Part shown: positions 36,734 through 50,153 of the stretch, piece by piece | Layout of the letters: every line of letters starts with the position of its first letter | How positions within the stretch are numbered: position 1 is the first letter of the stretch | DNA from: Scyliorhinus canicula | Lineage: Eukaryota | Assembly (NCBI RefSeq): GCF_902713615.1 | Contig: NC_052160.1 | Span: 41,915,440-41,979,439, forward strand | Direction of reading: 5' to 3' | Length of the DNA: 64,000 bases | Notes under the pieces: generated by a model | The model's input: only the letters and a program-made list of their open reading frames with translations | The model's database searches: none | Told to the model about the DNA's origin: nothing | Program-made: the position numbers and the translations under genes

Positions 36734-38510
36734 TGGTTTTTGCATGTTGAGAATTGCTTGGATTTTATCCTCTTCAGATTCAATGTCATGCGATGAGAGC
36801 TTATCACCTAAGAATGCGACTCCAAATTGGCACTTGTGCTTGTTGAGCCTCAGTCCATTTCTCCTGTCGTTCTTTAGAACTTTAAGCAATCTCTTATTGT
36901 GTTCTTCTATGGAGGAGCCCCAAACAATGATATCATCCATATGTACACACATACACCTTTGCTGCCTTCGATTTTGTGCTCCATGGCATGGTGAAAAATT
37001 TCTGATACCGAAATTATGCCAAACGGCATTCCCAGAAAGCAATACTGTCCAAATGGCGTACTAAAAGTGCAGTAGTTTGTTCCTCTAGCTTTAGCTGCCA
37101 GAAACCTTGAAATTCATCAAGTTTTGTAAAGAATTGTGCACCAGCCATCTCAGATGTGACTTCCTCACGCTTTGGTATTTGGTAATGTTCTCTTTTGATA
37201 TTCTCTTTAAGATCTTTAGGATCCATGCATATGCGAATATTGCCATTCTTTTTCTTTACAAATATCATAAATTTCATTCTTTGTGGGGGTGCAATGTGCA
37301 ACAAATCTTTGAATTACTCCATTAAAATGTTTGCTATCTTCATCGTTTGCAAATTTGGGTCCTGCCGCTGTTAGGAGCATCGCTACCGTACGCAAATCTG
37401 ATTGATCTCCAAAATTTACTCCAAGAAGAAACAGATTAAATTGTTTAAACACACGGCAGTTGCTGTCAACATTACCATGAAATCAGAGACTATTAGTGGC
37501 TTCAACGACTCCATGTGCTAATTCTTGCAGTCTGCAAAAATCTTCAAATTTCTGTGGACCTCTTGGCAGGCTTTTGCAGTGTTTAATACCATCCAAGCCT
37601 GGTACCATGTAATGTTCTTGTCGGGTGGCCTGATTTATATTACAAGAATACTTGTAGCTAAAGCTATAAACGATTTATTGGCATTAACTGTGGGTCAACT
37701 GTAGACAAAACAACAGATGAGTAACAGTATTAACATGCACAAGTAACCACTCTCTTCCATCTCCCTAATCAGTCTGAGGTCATCTGACTAACATTCACTT
37801 GTATACCAATGAGAATCCTAGTAGTCAGCCAATGAATTACAACACAACCATGATACCACTATAGAGTGGAACTATTTGTTTTTTTTATAATAATAATCTT
37901 TATTGTCCCAAGTAGGCTTACATTAACACTGCAATGAAGTCACTGTGAAAATCCCCTGGTCACCACATTCCAGCGCCTGTTCGGATACACGGAGGGAGAA
38001 TTCAGAATTTCCAAATTACCTAACAGCATGTCTTTCAGGACTTGTGGGAGGAAACCGGAGCACCCGGAGGAAACCCATGTAGACACAGGGAAAACGTGCA
38101 GTGACCCAAGCCGGGAATGGAACCCTGGATCCTGGTGCTGTGAAGCAACAGTGCTAACCACTGTGCTACCGTGTTTGCAGTATTGGAGAGGTCGGAATTG
38201 GAGCCAGGTTTGCGGCATGGCTGCTGAGGTTTTTGTACAAGAACCCGAGGGCGAGTGTGCTTAGGAATGAGATAAACTCAGGGTACTTTCCTTCGTATTG
38301 GGGAATGAGGCGGGGATGCAACACAGCGACCCCCCCCTTCTGTTTGCGTGGACAATAGAGCCCTTCGTCACAGTGCTCAGGCGCTCAAAAAATGGAAGGG
38401 CGTAAGGAGGGGGCTGGTAAACATAGGGTGTCCCTGTAGGCAGATGCGGTATATTTATATTCCGGGCGATTCAGTGGGCGATTTAACTGGGTTGCTCAAG
38501 AGATTTGGGC

Positions 38511-39695
38511 GGTAGATAACAGAGAGCCAATGGATGTGGTATATCTGGATTTCCAGAAAGCCATTGACAAGGTGCCACACAAAAGGTTGCTGCATAAGAT
38601 AAAGATGCATGGCATTAAGGGTAAAGTAGTAGCATGGATAGAGGATTGGTTAATTAATAGAAAGCAAAGAGTGGGGATTAATGGACGTTTCTCTGGTTGG
38701 CAATCAGTAGCTAGTGGTGTCCCTCAGGGATCCGTGTTGGGCCCACAATTGACATAGATGATTTGGAGTTGGGGACCAAGGACAATGTGTCCAAGTTTGC
38801 AGACGACACTAAGATGAGTGGTAAAGCAAAAAGTGCTGCGGATACTGGAAGTCTGCAGAGGGATTTGGATAGGTGAAGTGAATGGGCTAGGATCTGGCAG
38901 ATGGAATACAATGTTGACAAATGTGAGGTTATCCATTTTGGTAGGAATAACGGCAAACTGGATTATTATTTAAATGATAAAATATTAAAACATGCTGCTG
39001 TGCAGAGAGACCTGGGTGTACTAGTGCATGAGTCGCAAAAAAAGTTGGTTTACAGGTGCAAAAGGTGATTAAGGCGGCAAATGGAATTTTGTCCTTCATT
39101 GATAGAGGGATGGAGTTTAAGGCTAGGGAGGTTATGCTGCAATTGTATAAGGTGTTAGTGAGGCCAGACATGGAGTATTGGTCTCCTTACTTGAGAAAGG
39201 ACGTACTGGCACTGGAGGGTGTGCAGAGGAGATTCACTAGGTTAATCCCAGAGCTGGAGGAGTTGGATTATGAGGAGAGGTTGAGTAGACTGGGACTGTA
39301 CTCTTTGGAAATTAGAAGAATGAGGGGGATCATATAGAAACATAAAATTATGAAGGGAATAGATAGGGTAGATGCGGACAGGTTGTTTCCACTGGCGGGT
39401 GGAAGCAGAACTAGGGGGCATAGCCTCAAAATAAGGGGAAGTAGATTTAGGTCTGAATTTAGGAGGAATTTCTTCACCCAAAGGGTTGTGAATCTATGGA
39501 ATTCCTTGCCCAGTGAAGCAGTAGAGGCTCCTTCATTAAATGTTTTTAAGATAAAGATAGATAGATTTTAAGAATAAAGGGATTAAGGGTTATGGTGTTC
39601 GGGCCGGAATGTGGAGCTGAGTCCACAAAAGATCAGCCATGATCTAATTGAATGGCGGAGCAGGCTCGAGGGACTCCTGCTCCTAGTTCTTATGT
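38511..39695 (+). mobile_element. CR1 LINE 3' part
   Basis: DVVYLDFQKAIDKVPH, SGVPQGSVLGP, SKFADDTK, FFTQRVVNLWNSLP. Confidence 0.92.
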
Positions 39696-41219
39696 TCTTT
39701 TTCTGGGTACAAGCTAAATTTGGAGAAAAGAGAGTGTTTTGTAGTTTCTCCTCTGGGGGGAGGGGAGGAGGATGTGTTTGTGGGGGGAGGGGGGGGGATT
39801 GCCAGTACGGGCTGGGCTCGGCAAGCTGAACATTACAAGTTTAGTGAGCATGGTTAAGGAAGAGTTTCTGAGGTTGGATAGCTCCCCACTATCGTTGACT
39901 GGCTGGGTACAGGCGGTCAAGGGGAACATTTTTCCGTGGTTCTTATTCTTGTTCCAGTGCCTACTGGTCTTTTTAACAAAGTCATTTTTATGAAGGGGTC
40001 GGAGTTGCGGTCGCTGGCAATGCGCCACTCCCGTTTACCCCAGGATATACGGGAAGCCCGGTGGTGGTGGCCACGTTGAGAATTTGGAGGCAGTATCGGC
40101 AGCACTAAATTGGGGGCGGGGCCAAAAAAGGAGTCTGGGAGGATGGATGTGAGGTTTTAGGGTTGGGAGGAACGACGACTGACGGAAATGAAGGATCTGT
40201 TTTTAAATGGTCGATTTGCGACCTTGGAGGAGCTGGAGATGAAAGTCTGGGGTCCCCGGGGGAAGGGGTTCAGGTATATGCAAGTGTGGGATTTTGTAAA
40301 GGTCTGCCCGGCCTTCCCGGTGGCCCCACCCTCCTCACTGTTGGAGGAGAGGAGGTTTTGTCGGTGGCGGGGGGCCTGGGGCTGGTTCGGTTACAAGTGG
40401 TTTATAGGGCACATCTGACGAAGTCAGGAACCAGCCAATTACGTGCATATGTTCTAGTCCTACCTGAAGTTAGGGAGATTTTGGGGGTCTTTCTTCAGCA
40501 CCATGTTGGACATGTGGACTGGGAGCCCAAAGCCCTGGTGGCCATATTCGGAGTGTCAGACTTGCGTGTGCAATGGGTCAGCCTTTGCCTCGTTGATCAC
40601 TCGCAGGCAGGTCCTATTGGGGTAGAGGTCAGCTTCTCCACCCTCTGCCTCGGTGTGTCTGGGAGATTTAATGGAGTTCCTGTGTTTGGAAAAGGTGAAA
40701 TTTGTCTCGAGGGGGAAGGGTTCCACAAGAAATGGGGTCTGTTTATATTACATTTTGGTGAGCTAGTTGTCACTAATGGGTAGGGAGGGAATATGGGTGG
40801 ATTTGTGGGGTTGCCTTGGGGCTATTTCAGTTGGAAAGGCTGTGTTGTGTGATTGTTAATATGTTAAAATTTGAATTAAAATATATTTTTTAAAAAGACA
40901 TGAAGAAATCCTGACACTTTTACATACACGTTATGAGATCTGGGACCTTGAATGTGCATTGACTATGAAGGTGAGGTTTAATGTCTCACCTGGAAGACAG
41001 CATTTCTGACAATGTAGCACCAGCCATGATGATCTGCTCAAGTCCTAGTGTATTGGAACCCTTCTGAGCCAGTGGAGGCAGTGTTACTGACTAAATGAAA
41101 AGTACCAACATGCCACTTGCTTGCTAACTCCTGGTTCAGTGCACCACTTTGGAATCCAGGGAACAACTAGTTGTAAATTGTTCCGGGGTAATTATAGAGA
41201 GTTAGAACAATTAAGGAAC

Positions 41220-41396
41220 AATTTAGCGTGGCCAGTCCACCTAGCCTGCACATCTTTGGGTTGTGGGGGCGAAACCAATGCAAACACAGGGAGAATGTGC
41301 AAACGCCACACGGCCAGTGAACCAGAGCAGGGATCGAACCTGGGACCTCGGCGCCATGAGACAGCAGGGCTAACCCACTGCGCCACCGTGCTGCCC
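41220..41396 (-). mobile_element. HE1-like V-SINE
   Basis: Reverse complement of the SINE head and V-domain. Confidence 0.85.
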
Positions 41397-41682
41397 CGAA
41401 AAGTATTTAAAAATTAACATGACTGCAGAAGTTGGAAGAGAGGCAGACAAATCATGAAGAAAATAAAAACTTCAGGATTCAGCCAGCACAATTCTTGAGA
41501 TATGAAGACTCATCGCAAGGGCCCCCGATAGGGTTAGAGTGAAACAAGAGCAGCTTAAATATTAAACTCTGATCTTGCACTCATTATACACCCCTGGCAC
41601 TTGGAGGTTGAAGGGTTTCACTCAACACCGATTCCCTCATCACCGTACCTGTACTCGTGGTGCTCTGGAGAAAAGGCCCATC

Positions 41683-41780
41683 TCATATCTGAGACAATGG
41701 CAGGAACTTCTGGTAGTAGCTCTTTGTGACATCCATCATAAGCTCCTGTGTACACTCTGGGAGCTCACCAGCGAAAAGGC
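41683..41780 (-). CDS. DCTN5: Dynactin subunit 5 (p25), last coding exon
   Basis: [32 protein letters not shown]; the six exons sum to 549 nt = 182 aa plus stop. Confidence 0.96.
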
Positions 41781-42572
41781 CTATCAGAAAACACAACAAT
41801 CTCAATTAAAAGTAGGACTCCCTCTCCTCAACCTACAATAATCTGAAATACTCTTGTATACACAATGGCTCGCACTTATATAGCCCATTTTTCAACCTTG
41901 GGATATTCCAAGTGGTTTACTGACACTGAAGTATTTTTTTTGAGGTATTATCATTGAGATAATGTAGGAAGCATGTCAGCACACACAATGTGCCACAGAC
42001 TGCAATTTGATAATGGACGGATAATCTATTTTAGAGATACTGACGGAGGAATAAATATCAGGCTCTGGGAAATGTTGCCACTGCTCTTTTTTGAAGTGTC
42101 ATGTGTGTTTTACAACCACTTGATAGAGGCAGACACGATCTCGGTTTAATATCTGATCAGGAAGACAGTCTCCGTCAGTGCAGAACTCTTTTAGTACCTT
42201 ACCAAGTGTCAGCCTAGATGGTGTCCCTGGTGTGGGACTTGAACCCACAATCAAAGGAGTGCATTACCCAATGAGTCACAGCTGCACCTTGAAAAGGACA
42301 CTGCATAACCTGGGCAACACACAATTTACACCCAGGGCAAATAATTCAAAACAAATGGGAACCATCAAGGTGATACCCACTTCCAGCATCAAACACTCAA
42401 GAGGTCACAGACAGCCTGGTTAGAAGCAGCGTAAAACACACTCTCCCTCTTTCTCGATCAGATCATTTGAGAAGTTGTGGGATTGAGAGTGTAAGGAGAC
42501 CATAAGAGATTCCCTTACCATGGGCCTCAACATTAACAACTAACATCACCCCTATGAAATAAAGCAAATAAA

Positions 42573-43510
42573 TGCTCTTTGTGGTTTTTATAAATGACTT
42601 GGATGAGGAAGTGGAAGGGTGGGTTAGTAAGTTTGCCGATGACACGAAGGTTGGTGGAGTTGTAGATAGTGTAGAGGGCTGTTGCAGGTTACAACAGGAC
42701 ATTGACAGGATGCAAAGCTGGGCTGAGAAGTGGCAGATGGAGTTCAACCTAGATAAATGTGAAGTGATTCATTTTGGAAGGTCAAATTTGAATGCTGAAT
42801 ACAGGGTTAAAGGCAGGATTCTTGGAAGTGTGGAGGAACAGAGGGATCTTGGGGTCCACATACATAGATCCCTCAAAGGTTGATACGGTTGTTAAGAAGG
42901 TGTATGGTGTGTTGGCTTTCATTAACAGGGGGATTGAGTTTAAGAGCCGCGAGGTTTTGCTGCAGCTTTATAAAACCCTAGTTAGACCACACTTGGAATA
43001 TTGTGTTCAGTTCTGGTCGCATCATTATGGGAAGGACGTGGATGCTTTGGAGAGGGTACAGAGGAGATTTACCAGGCTGCTGCCGGGACTGGAGGGCATA
43101 TCTTATGAAGAAAGGTTGAGGGAGCTAGGGCTTTTCACAGTGGAGCAAAGAAGGAAGCGAGGTGACTTGATAGAGCTGTACAAGGTGATAAGAGGTGTGA
43201 ATAGAGTGGATAGCCAGAGACTTTTCCCCAGGGTGGAAATGGCTGTCACGAGGGGACAACATTTTAAGGTGATTGGTGGAAGGTATAGGGGAGATGTCAG
43301 AGGTAGGTTCTTTACACAGAGAGTGGTGGGTGCATGGAATGCACTTCCAGCGGAGGTGGTGGAGTCAGAGTCATTAGGGACTTTTAAACGACTCTTGGAC
43401 AGGCACATGGACAGCAGTAAATTGAAGGGGTGTAGGCTAGGTTGATCTTAGATTAGGATAAATGGTCGGCATAACATAGTGGGCCGAAGGGCCTGTACTG
43501 TTCTATGGTC
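42573..43510 (+). mobile_element. CR1 LINE 3' part (relatively young)
   Basis: FINDLDEEVEGWVSKFADDTK...RPHLEYCVQFWS...FFTQRVVGAWNALP with tail. Confidence 0.92.
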
Positions 43511-43862
43511 TCTAGTTCAAAGATTCTGAAACAATAAGATTCAGCTGTCAGTATTTAAGTATCTGACTGTGAATTGCACTGAGATATCAGAATTGCAGAG
43601 ATGTCTGCAATTACAAGTTACATTTACATAGTGCCTTTAACATAGCAAAATGTCCTACGGTGTTGAATTATGTATAGTTTCCTCGGTTGCCACACCCCTG
43701 CCCCATGCAATGCCACATGATTACAAAGCCGCGTGGCAGTAATACAATGCTGCTATAAATGATTGGCACCATTAACAGGATTTTACCCAGACTATCAAAT
43801 GCAACAAACATGGCCATCTCGCCTCCCCTACAGTGGGCGATCACTTTGGACCAACCCAATTA

Positions 43863-44015
<153 letters not shown>

Positions 44016-44387
44016 CTACGGAAAGATAAACGGCATAATGAGAACACACTTCACTCTCAGAGAACACAAACTGTAATTTATAACCAGGTATGGCCATGAA
44101 TATAGTAGCATGCTGGAAGGAAAACAAACACACACGCTGCAGCTGTACAAAAGAAAAGCCCAGAAAAGGCTCGGAGAAACATTAACGGATAATGGAGGCA
44201 AAAACTCTGCTCAGAATAACAAAACCAGCTGCTGTAATCCACCTATCAAAATGGTTCTTAATGTGTCAGCTCAGTGAATTCCAGCTGGTTATTTTACCAC
44301 TGTCCTTAGACACCTACATCAAGTAGTGGCCAGTGCATAGCAATGAGAAGTGCAAATCCAGGACCCTCCCTAAGCTAATAAACACCA

Positions 44388-44725
44388 AGGGCCGACACAG
44401 TAGTTAGCACTGCTGTCTCACAGCGTCAGGGATCTGGGTTCAATTCCAGCCTTGGGTCATTGTCTGTGTGGAATTTGCACTGTTTCCATGTCTGCGCGAA
44501 TTTCCTCCGGGTGTTCCGGTTTCCTCCCACAGTTCAAAGATGTGCAGGCTAGGTTTTTTATGGCCATGCTAAATTGACCCTTCGTGTCCAAAAAAGATGT
44601 GTAGGTTAGGTTAAGGATTTATTGGGATAGGGCAGGGGACTGAGCTTGGGTGGAGTGCTCTTTCAGAGGGTTGGTGCAGACTTGATGGGCCAAATAGCCT
44701 CCTTCTGTGCTGGATGGATTCTCTG
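44388..44725 (+). mobile_element. Full-length HE1 SINE with CR1 tail
   Basis: Head, complete V-domain and GATGGGCCAAATAGCCTCCTTCTG tail. Confidence 0.85.
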
Positions 44726-45249
44726 CTTCTAAGTGACCAGATTACCAGGAGTTCTACTGCAAGGTTCAATAGCTGGGCACAGCAGCTCTTAGACACATTG
44801 ATTTAATGTCCATTCTGCAATTAAAATAAAACCATAAACATTTAGCACTTTACAAAACACTGTCATCCTGTATTCACAGCAGCCACAAATATAAGATAAG
44901 CCCTTTACTGGAGACATAATGCCTCATTAGCCATTTATTATTCTGATCAAGAGGGCAACTGTGGCCATGTGTGCTATTGAACACTTTACTGACACCATCA
45001 TCCATCACTTATAGGTGGAATATTTGGCTGACCAGGTACGAGTTGGTTTTGGCAACACTCAAGGACAGGCTGAGGTTTTTGTTTGCAGAATTGAAGTAAC
45101 TTGCAAATCTGTTGCAGAGTGGGCAACGACGCTGTTATCATCTAAAGACCAAAGATTATGTGGTGGGCAGATTAATTTTGACATGAAGGCAATTGAAGTT
45201 AAAGGGGTTTTCCATTTAGGTTGTATTTAATATTGAAATAGTGAGTTCA

Positions 45250-47195
45250 GGGCCAACATTTTCCTCTAAGAGTGAAGAGCAAGGATGGCAAGTCCAGGGA
45301 ACCCTGGATGTCAAGGGATATTGAGAGGTTGATAAAAGAAAAAAAAAGGAATCATACGGTAAGTATAGAATGCTAAAATCTGGGAGGCCCTTCAGAGACA
45401 TAGGGAGTGGAGGGAAGTGCTTAAAAAAAGAAATTAGGAGGGCAAGGAGGGGCCAAGAAATACCACTGGCAGATAGGATTAAGAAAAACCTTAAGGCATT
45501 TTGTAAGTATATTAAGAGCAAGAGGATGACTAAGGAAAGGTACAAATGGGGCAATCTGTGTGTGGAGCACACATTTAATATTATTAAATACACCAAGGAG
45601 AAAGACATGGTAACTGATGATTGCAGTTGGGGCGATGAAGTTCTAGAGCATGTTGTTAAGATTAATAAGGATGAGGTATTAGATGTTTTAGCGAGCTTAT
45701 TGAGATGTATGCTAGTGAGATGTATCCCGGCCTGCTATGGGAGGCAAGGGAGGAGATTGCTTGGACCCTGACAGCTATTTAAATCTTCATTGGCCACAGG
45801 TGAAGTGCCAGATGATTGGAGAATAGCTAATGTGTTACCTTTATTCAAGAAGGGCAGCAAGGATAAGCAAGGTACTTACAGGCCAGTTAGTATAACTTCA
45901 GTGATAGGGAGATTATTGGAAAAAATTCTGACAAACAGGATTAATCAACACTTGGAAAGGCAGGGATTGATCAGGGCTAGTCAGCACAGATTTGTCGATG
46001 GGAGATCCTGTCTAACTAATTCAATTGAGTTTTTTGAAAAGGTAACTAAACATATTGATGAGGGTAGCACAGTCGATGTGATTTATATGGACTTCAGTCA
46101 GCCCTTTGACAAGGTCCCACATGGTAGTCTGGTCAAAAAGGTTAGAGCCAATGGGATCCAAGGCAAGTTGGCAAATTGGATCTAAAATTGGCTTGTTAAT
46201 AGGAAGTAAAGGGTGATGGTGGAGAGTTGCTTTTGTGATTATCTGCCTGTGACCATAGAGATTGGTGCTGGGGCTATTGCTGTTTGTTATATACATTAAT
46301 GACTTGGATGTGAATGTAGAAGGTATAATTAGTAAATATGCAGATGACACAAAAATTGTTGTTGACGACAGAGAGGACGATAGTCTGATGCTACAGACTG
46401 ATATTGCTCAGCTGGCAAATTGGGCAAAGGGATGGCAGATGGAATTTAATCCTGATAAGTAAGATGATGAATTTTGGAAAGTCTAACAAGGGTAGGATAT
46501 ACACAATGAATGGTAGGTCCCCAGGGAGTATTGAGGAACAAAGGGACCTTGGTGTACAAGTCCATGGATCCCTGAAGGTGGCAGCACAGGTGGTGAAGAA
46601 GGCATACAGAATGCTTGCCTTCATTAGCCAGAGCATAGAATATAGGAGCAGGGAGGTCCTGGTACAACTTTATAAAACATTCATTAGGCTACAGATGGAA
46701 TATTCGTTGCTGCACAATCGGAAGGATGTGATTACACTGGAGGCGATGCAGCGGAGATTCACCATGATATTGCCTGGGATGAAAAGTTTGAGCCATCAGG
46801 AGAGATTGGATAGGCTGGGTTTGTTTTCCCAGGAACAGAGGAGGCTACGGGGGAATCTGATAGAGGTATACAAAATTATGAGAGGCATAGATAAGGTGGA
46901 TTATAAGAATATTTTCCCCGTGGCAGAGGTGTCTAAGACCAGAGGGCATAGATTTAGGTTTAGAGGGAACCGGAGAAAACATTTTTTCCTCCAGAGGGTG
47001 GCAGAAATAGGGAACACGCGGCCTGAGGGGGTGGTGGAAGCAGGTACTTTTGTAATATTTAAAAAGCATCTGGACAAGCCAAGGCAGAGTAGGCTATGGA
47101 CTAAGTACTGGTAAATGGGATTAGTATAGATTGGTATTTGATGTTCGACATAGACACGGTGGCTGAAGGGCATGTATCTGTGCTCTATGACTTTA
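45250..47195 (+). mobile_element. CR1 LINE ORF2 fragment
   Basis: PDDWRIANVLPLFKKG, YRPVSITSVIG, YMDFSQPFDKVPH, SKYADDTK. Confidence 0.9.
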
Positions 47196-47199
47196 TCTA

Positions 47200-47930
47200 T
47201 GACACCAGAGGGGAGCTGATCTTTGAGATAAACAGTCACTGTCAGGTAAATTATAATAGAATGGGAGATATCACACAGCCTTGCTTGGCACCAGTATGGA
47301 TTTTAAAGTGTCTGCTTCAGATCTCACACTCAAGACAGTTGCAGTCATATCATCATGGAGCAATCACAGGACTGTGCTGAAGTCTCTCAAATCGTTGAAG
47401 CAGAATCCACAGAGCCTTGTGATTTACTGAGTCAAATGCTTTGGTCAGGTCGATGAATGCAATGTATTAGTGACACATAAGAGCGCTAAAGATATTTGAA
47501 CAGCAATGTTTCCACAGCATCCTCCATATTATCAATAGATGGCCAAAAACCATTCAAATGGCCAACATTTCAGGGAAGCACAAAGAAAACGCTTCAAAGA
47601 CACTCAAATTCTCCTTGAAGCAGCATTGACATTAATGACTGGGAGGAGCTTGCTACCAGCTGTTCAAAATGGTGACAATTTGTCCATCAAACTGCATCAT
47701 GCCAAGTTCCCAAAGTCTTAATGATGAGGCAGAGCAGCAGCAGAGAAGGGAAGAAAAGTAAGCGAAACCCCACCCCGAATCCCACTAGCTCATCCCTACT
47801 ACCTCCTGCACCATTTGCTCAAAGATACGTGGGTTGCGAATCGGTCTGCTGAGTCACATGAAGACCCGTAGCAGAAACTCATGACCTTGAGTTGACTTCA
47901 TCCTTGAATTGCAGACAGCCGATGATGACA
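47200..47930. mobile_element. RTE-clade LINE fragments in inverted configuration
   Basis: Minus 47200-47470 AFIDLTKAFDSVNHKALW; plus 47480-47930 QRKRFKDT...GLRIGLLSHMKT. Confidence 0.6.
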
Positions 47931-48493
47931 ACTTCCTCTATGTGCAAGGGTAGGTGGTACATATACGTGAAATTAAGTGTGGGTAGGTGGTACATATACG
48001 TGAAATTAAGTGTAGGTATGTGCTGAAACTCAGCAGTTTAGGTTAAAGAAAAACAATGGCACTGAAAATACAAATAATAAGCATGGAAATCTCCAACTGT
48101 CTGGGACTGAACAATCCCCTATCCTTAAGGGCCACATACCGGAGAAAACTGCAACATTTGGCCAGTGATCAACAACAGACATCTGTTCAGTGGGTTAAAG
48201 GTAAGCTTGGTCTTTGGATTGACTTGCAGTGATGAAAAGCGGATTTCTAGATACAGCAATAATATCAGCACCGGGTCAGACAATCCAACTACCCCCCACC
48301 TGAGAAATCCTTCCTTACAAATCTCTGATACTTCCCTCATTCGTGACCATGTCTCTTTGTAACTGCAAGTATACCCAGCCACCCCACACCTTTCCGAAGC
48401 AATTCCCTTAAATGTCCCTGCATAGATCTAACCCTCACAAGGTCTTTTAAACTCCCCTTTGCAAGCTCCAACCTTCCACAGGCTCCTGTTCTA

Positions 48494-48685
<192 letters not shown>

Positions 48686-50027
48686 TTATGAAGGCAAAGT
48701 CTGATTCAATTATTGATCAATAGGAAGTTAATAAACAGATGATTTAACCCAGACCCACTTCCATACACGACACACCTACAGTCAAACAATAGCACTGGCA
48801 CAAACGTTTGCAACAGGGTGCTGTCTAGCTGCTACTAACGTCAGCAAACTAATGCAATCCATCAGGATCTCTGCATCTTCACATGCTGAAATCAAAGTTT
48901 GTCACACTCCCTCTCTATAGGTCATTCTTGTTCAAGAAATCAGAAGCGTCAAGCTCTTCACCACTGCCAGGGAGATGGACTTGATTTTAGGGCAGGAAGA
49001 AAAGGGTGTACTGACCCAACACATGACACAACTGCCCTTTTACAAGTTAATGAAAAGGCAGACGCTCTGCTCCTCCATCCTACTCTAAGAAGTCCTGCTT
49101 AAGTGTTGAGTGGAATAGGGCACTTGCCCAACTGTACAGTCCAACAAATTGGCTCTCACTCAACCTTCAACTAAAGCCCCCAGGTTGTGTGGTGCATGTG
49201 CAGTTGGCTTACCACAACCAGAGTAGATCGCGGCTACAAATTGGTACCACACTCACCGGGGAGAAGTGGGTGAAAGACAGAAAGGACCCGGTCCCATAAG
49301 GGAAGAACCTTCTGCTGCCACTCCCATTTTGTAATCACCTTCTTAAACCCTCTGCCTCCTCAAATCCAGGCAGAGCTTTTAAAGCTTTCTGAGAGATAAC
49401 TTGAAAGCACCAATCCCACACCCCTCAATTTAATTGGTAAAATATTACGAAAATGCTACATGATAAAATAAATGCACAAGTTATTTTTTAATTGCTGCTA
49501 AACTCTGCCGCTGCCTTGTGTCAAAGTACATGTTTTCAAGTGGTATCATCGGAGTCCAATATATAAACCTTCCTCAACATTCCAATTTCTTGTTATTATA
49601 TAAAGTCAGATTATTCTGACATGCAAACTATTTTTTGTTTCTCTTAAGAGTGTCTTGTATCTGTGTGTGGAATGTCTGGGTCTATCATAGTCAAACCCTT
49701 CCCAGCTCCCCCAGCCCCACTCCCAGCAAGAAGTTGTTTCAAAAACAAACCAGCATCACACCCCTCAACAGGTCGTGCATGCAGATTACACAAAATCAGT
49801 GCTTACTGCAGACCTGTCAATGACCATTTTCAGCAAAGTCATTGTTCAGCCATAGCAGCAGAGGCAAATCTGTGTGAAGCTGGATTATGCAATGGAATCT
49901 CAGATAAAAATCTGATTCCAGATAAACTTCTGTAAGACAAAGAAAAGCAGACATGATTGATGTATGATCCCTTCCCAGTGCCACATTACTGTAATATCTG
50001 GGTCTGTGAATGCAATAAATAGCCTCA

Positions 50028-50153
<126 letters not shown>

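Larger units (their letters stand above)
32803..37863 (-). mobile_element. Internally deleted Gypsy/Ty3 LTR retrotransposon
   Basis: LTRs 37608-37863 and 32803-33053; PBS TGGTACCAG; PPT AAAAGAAAGGGGA; TSD GTGTG/GAGTG; RT (KKKNGNIRICMDPKDL, HMDDIIVWG) and RNase H (DVSKDGLG) remnants. Confidence 0.88.
32340..40790 (+). mobile_element. L1-clade LINE ORF2 fragmented by nested insertions (pieces 32340-32802, 37864-37880, 38172-38510, 39696-40790)
   Basis: LLNMDAKILATVLA.RLE..LPKVIGEEQIGFVKAR; DAEKAFDRV|EWNYLF rejoins across the Gypsy insertion. Confidence 0.75.

Noticed and set aside
31637-41685. Stop-codon read-through or selenocysteine extension of DCTN5
   Set aside because: The TGA context (TGA GAT) is not a read-through motif, the spliced frame stops after about 14 codons, and no SECIS was recognised.
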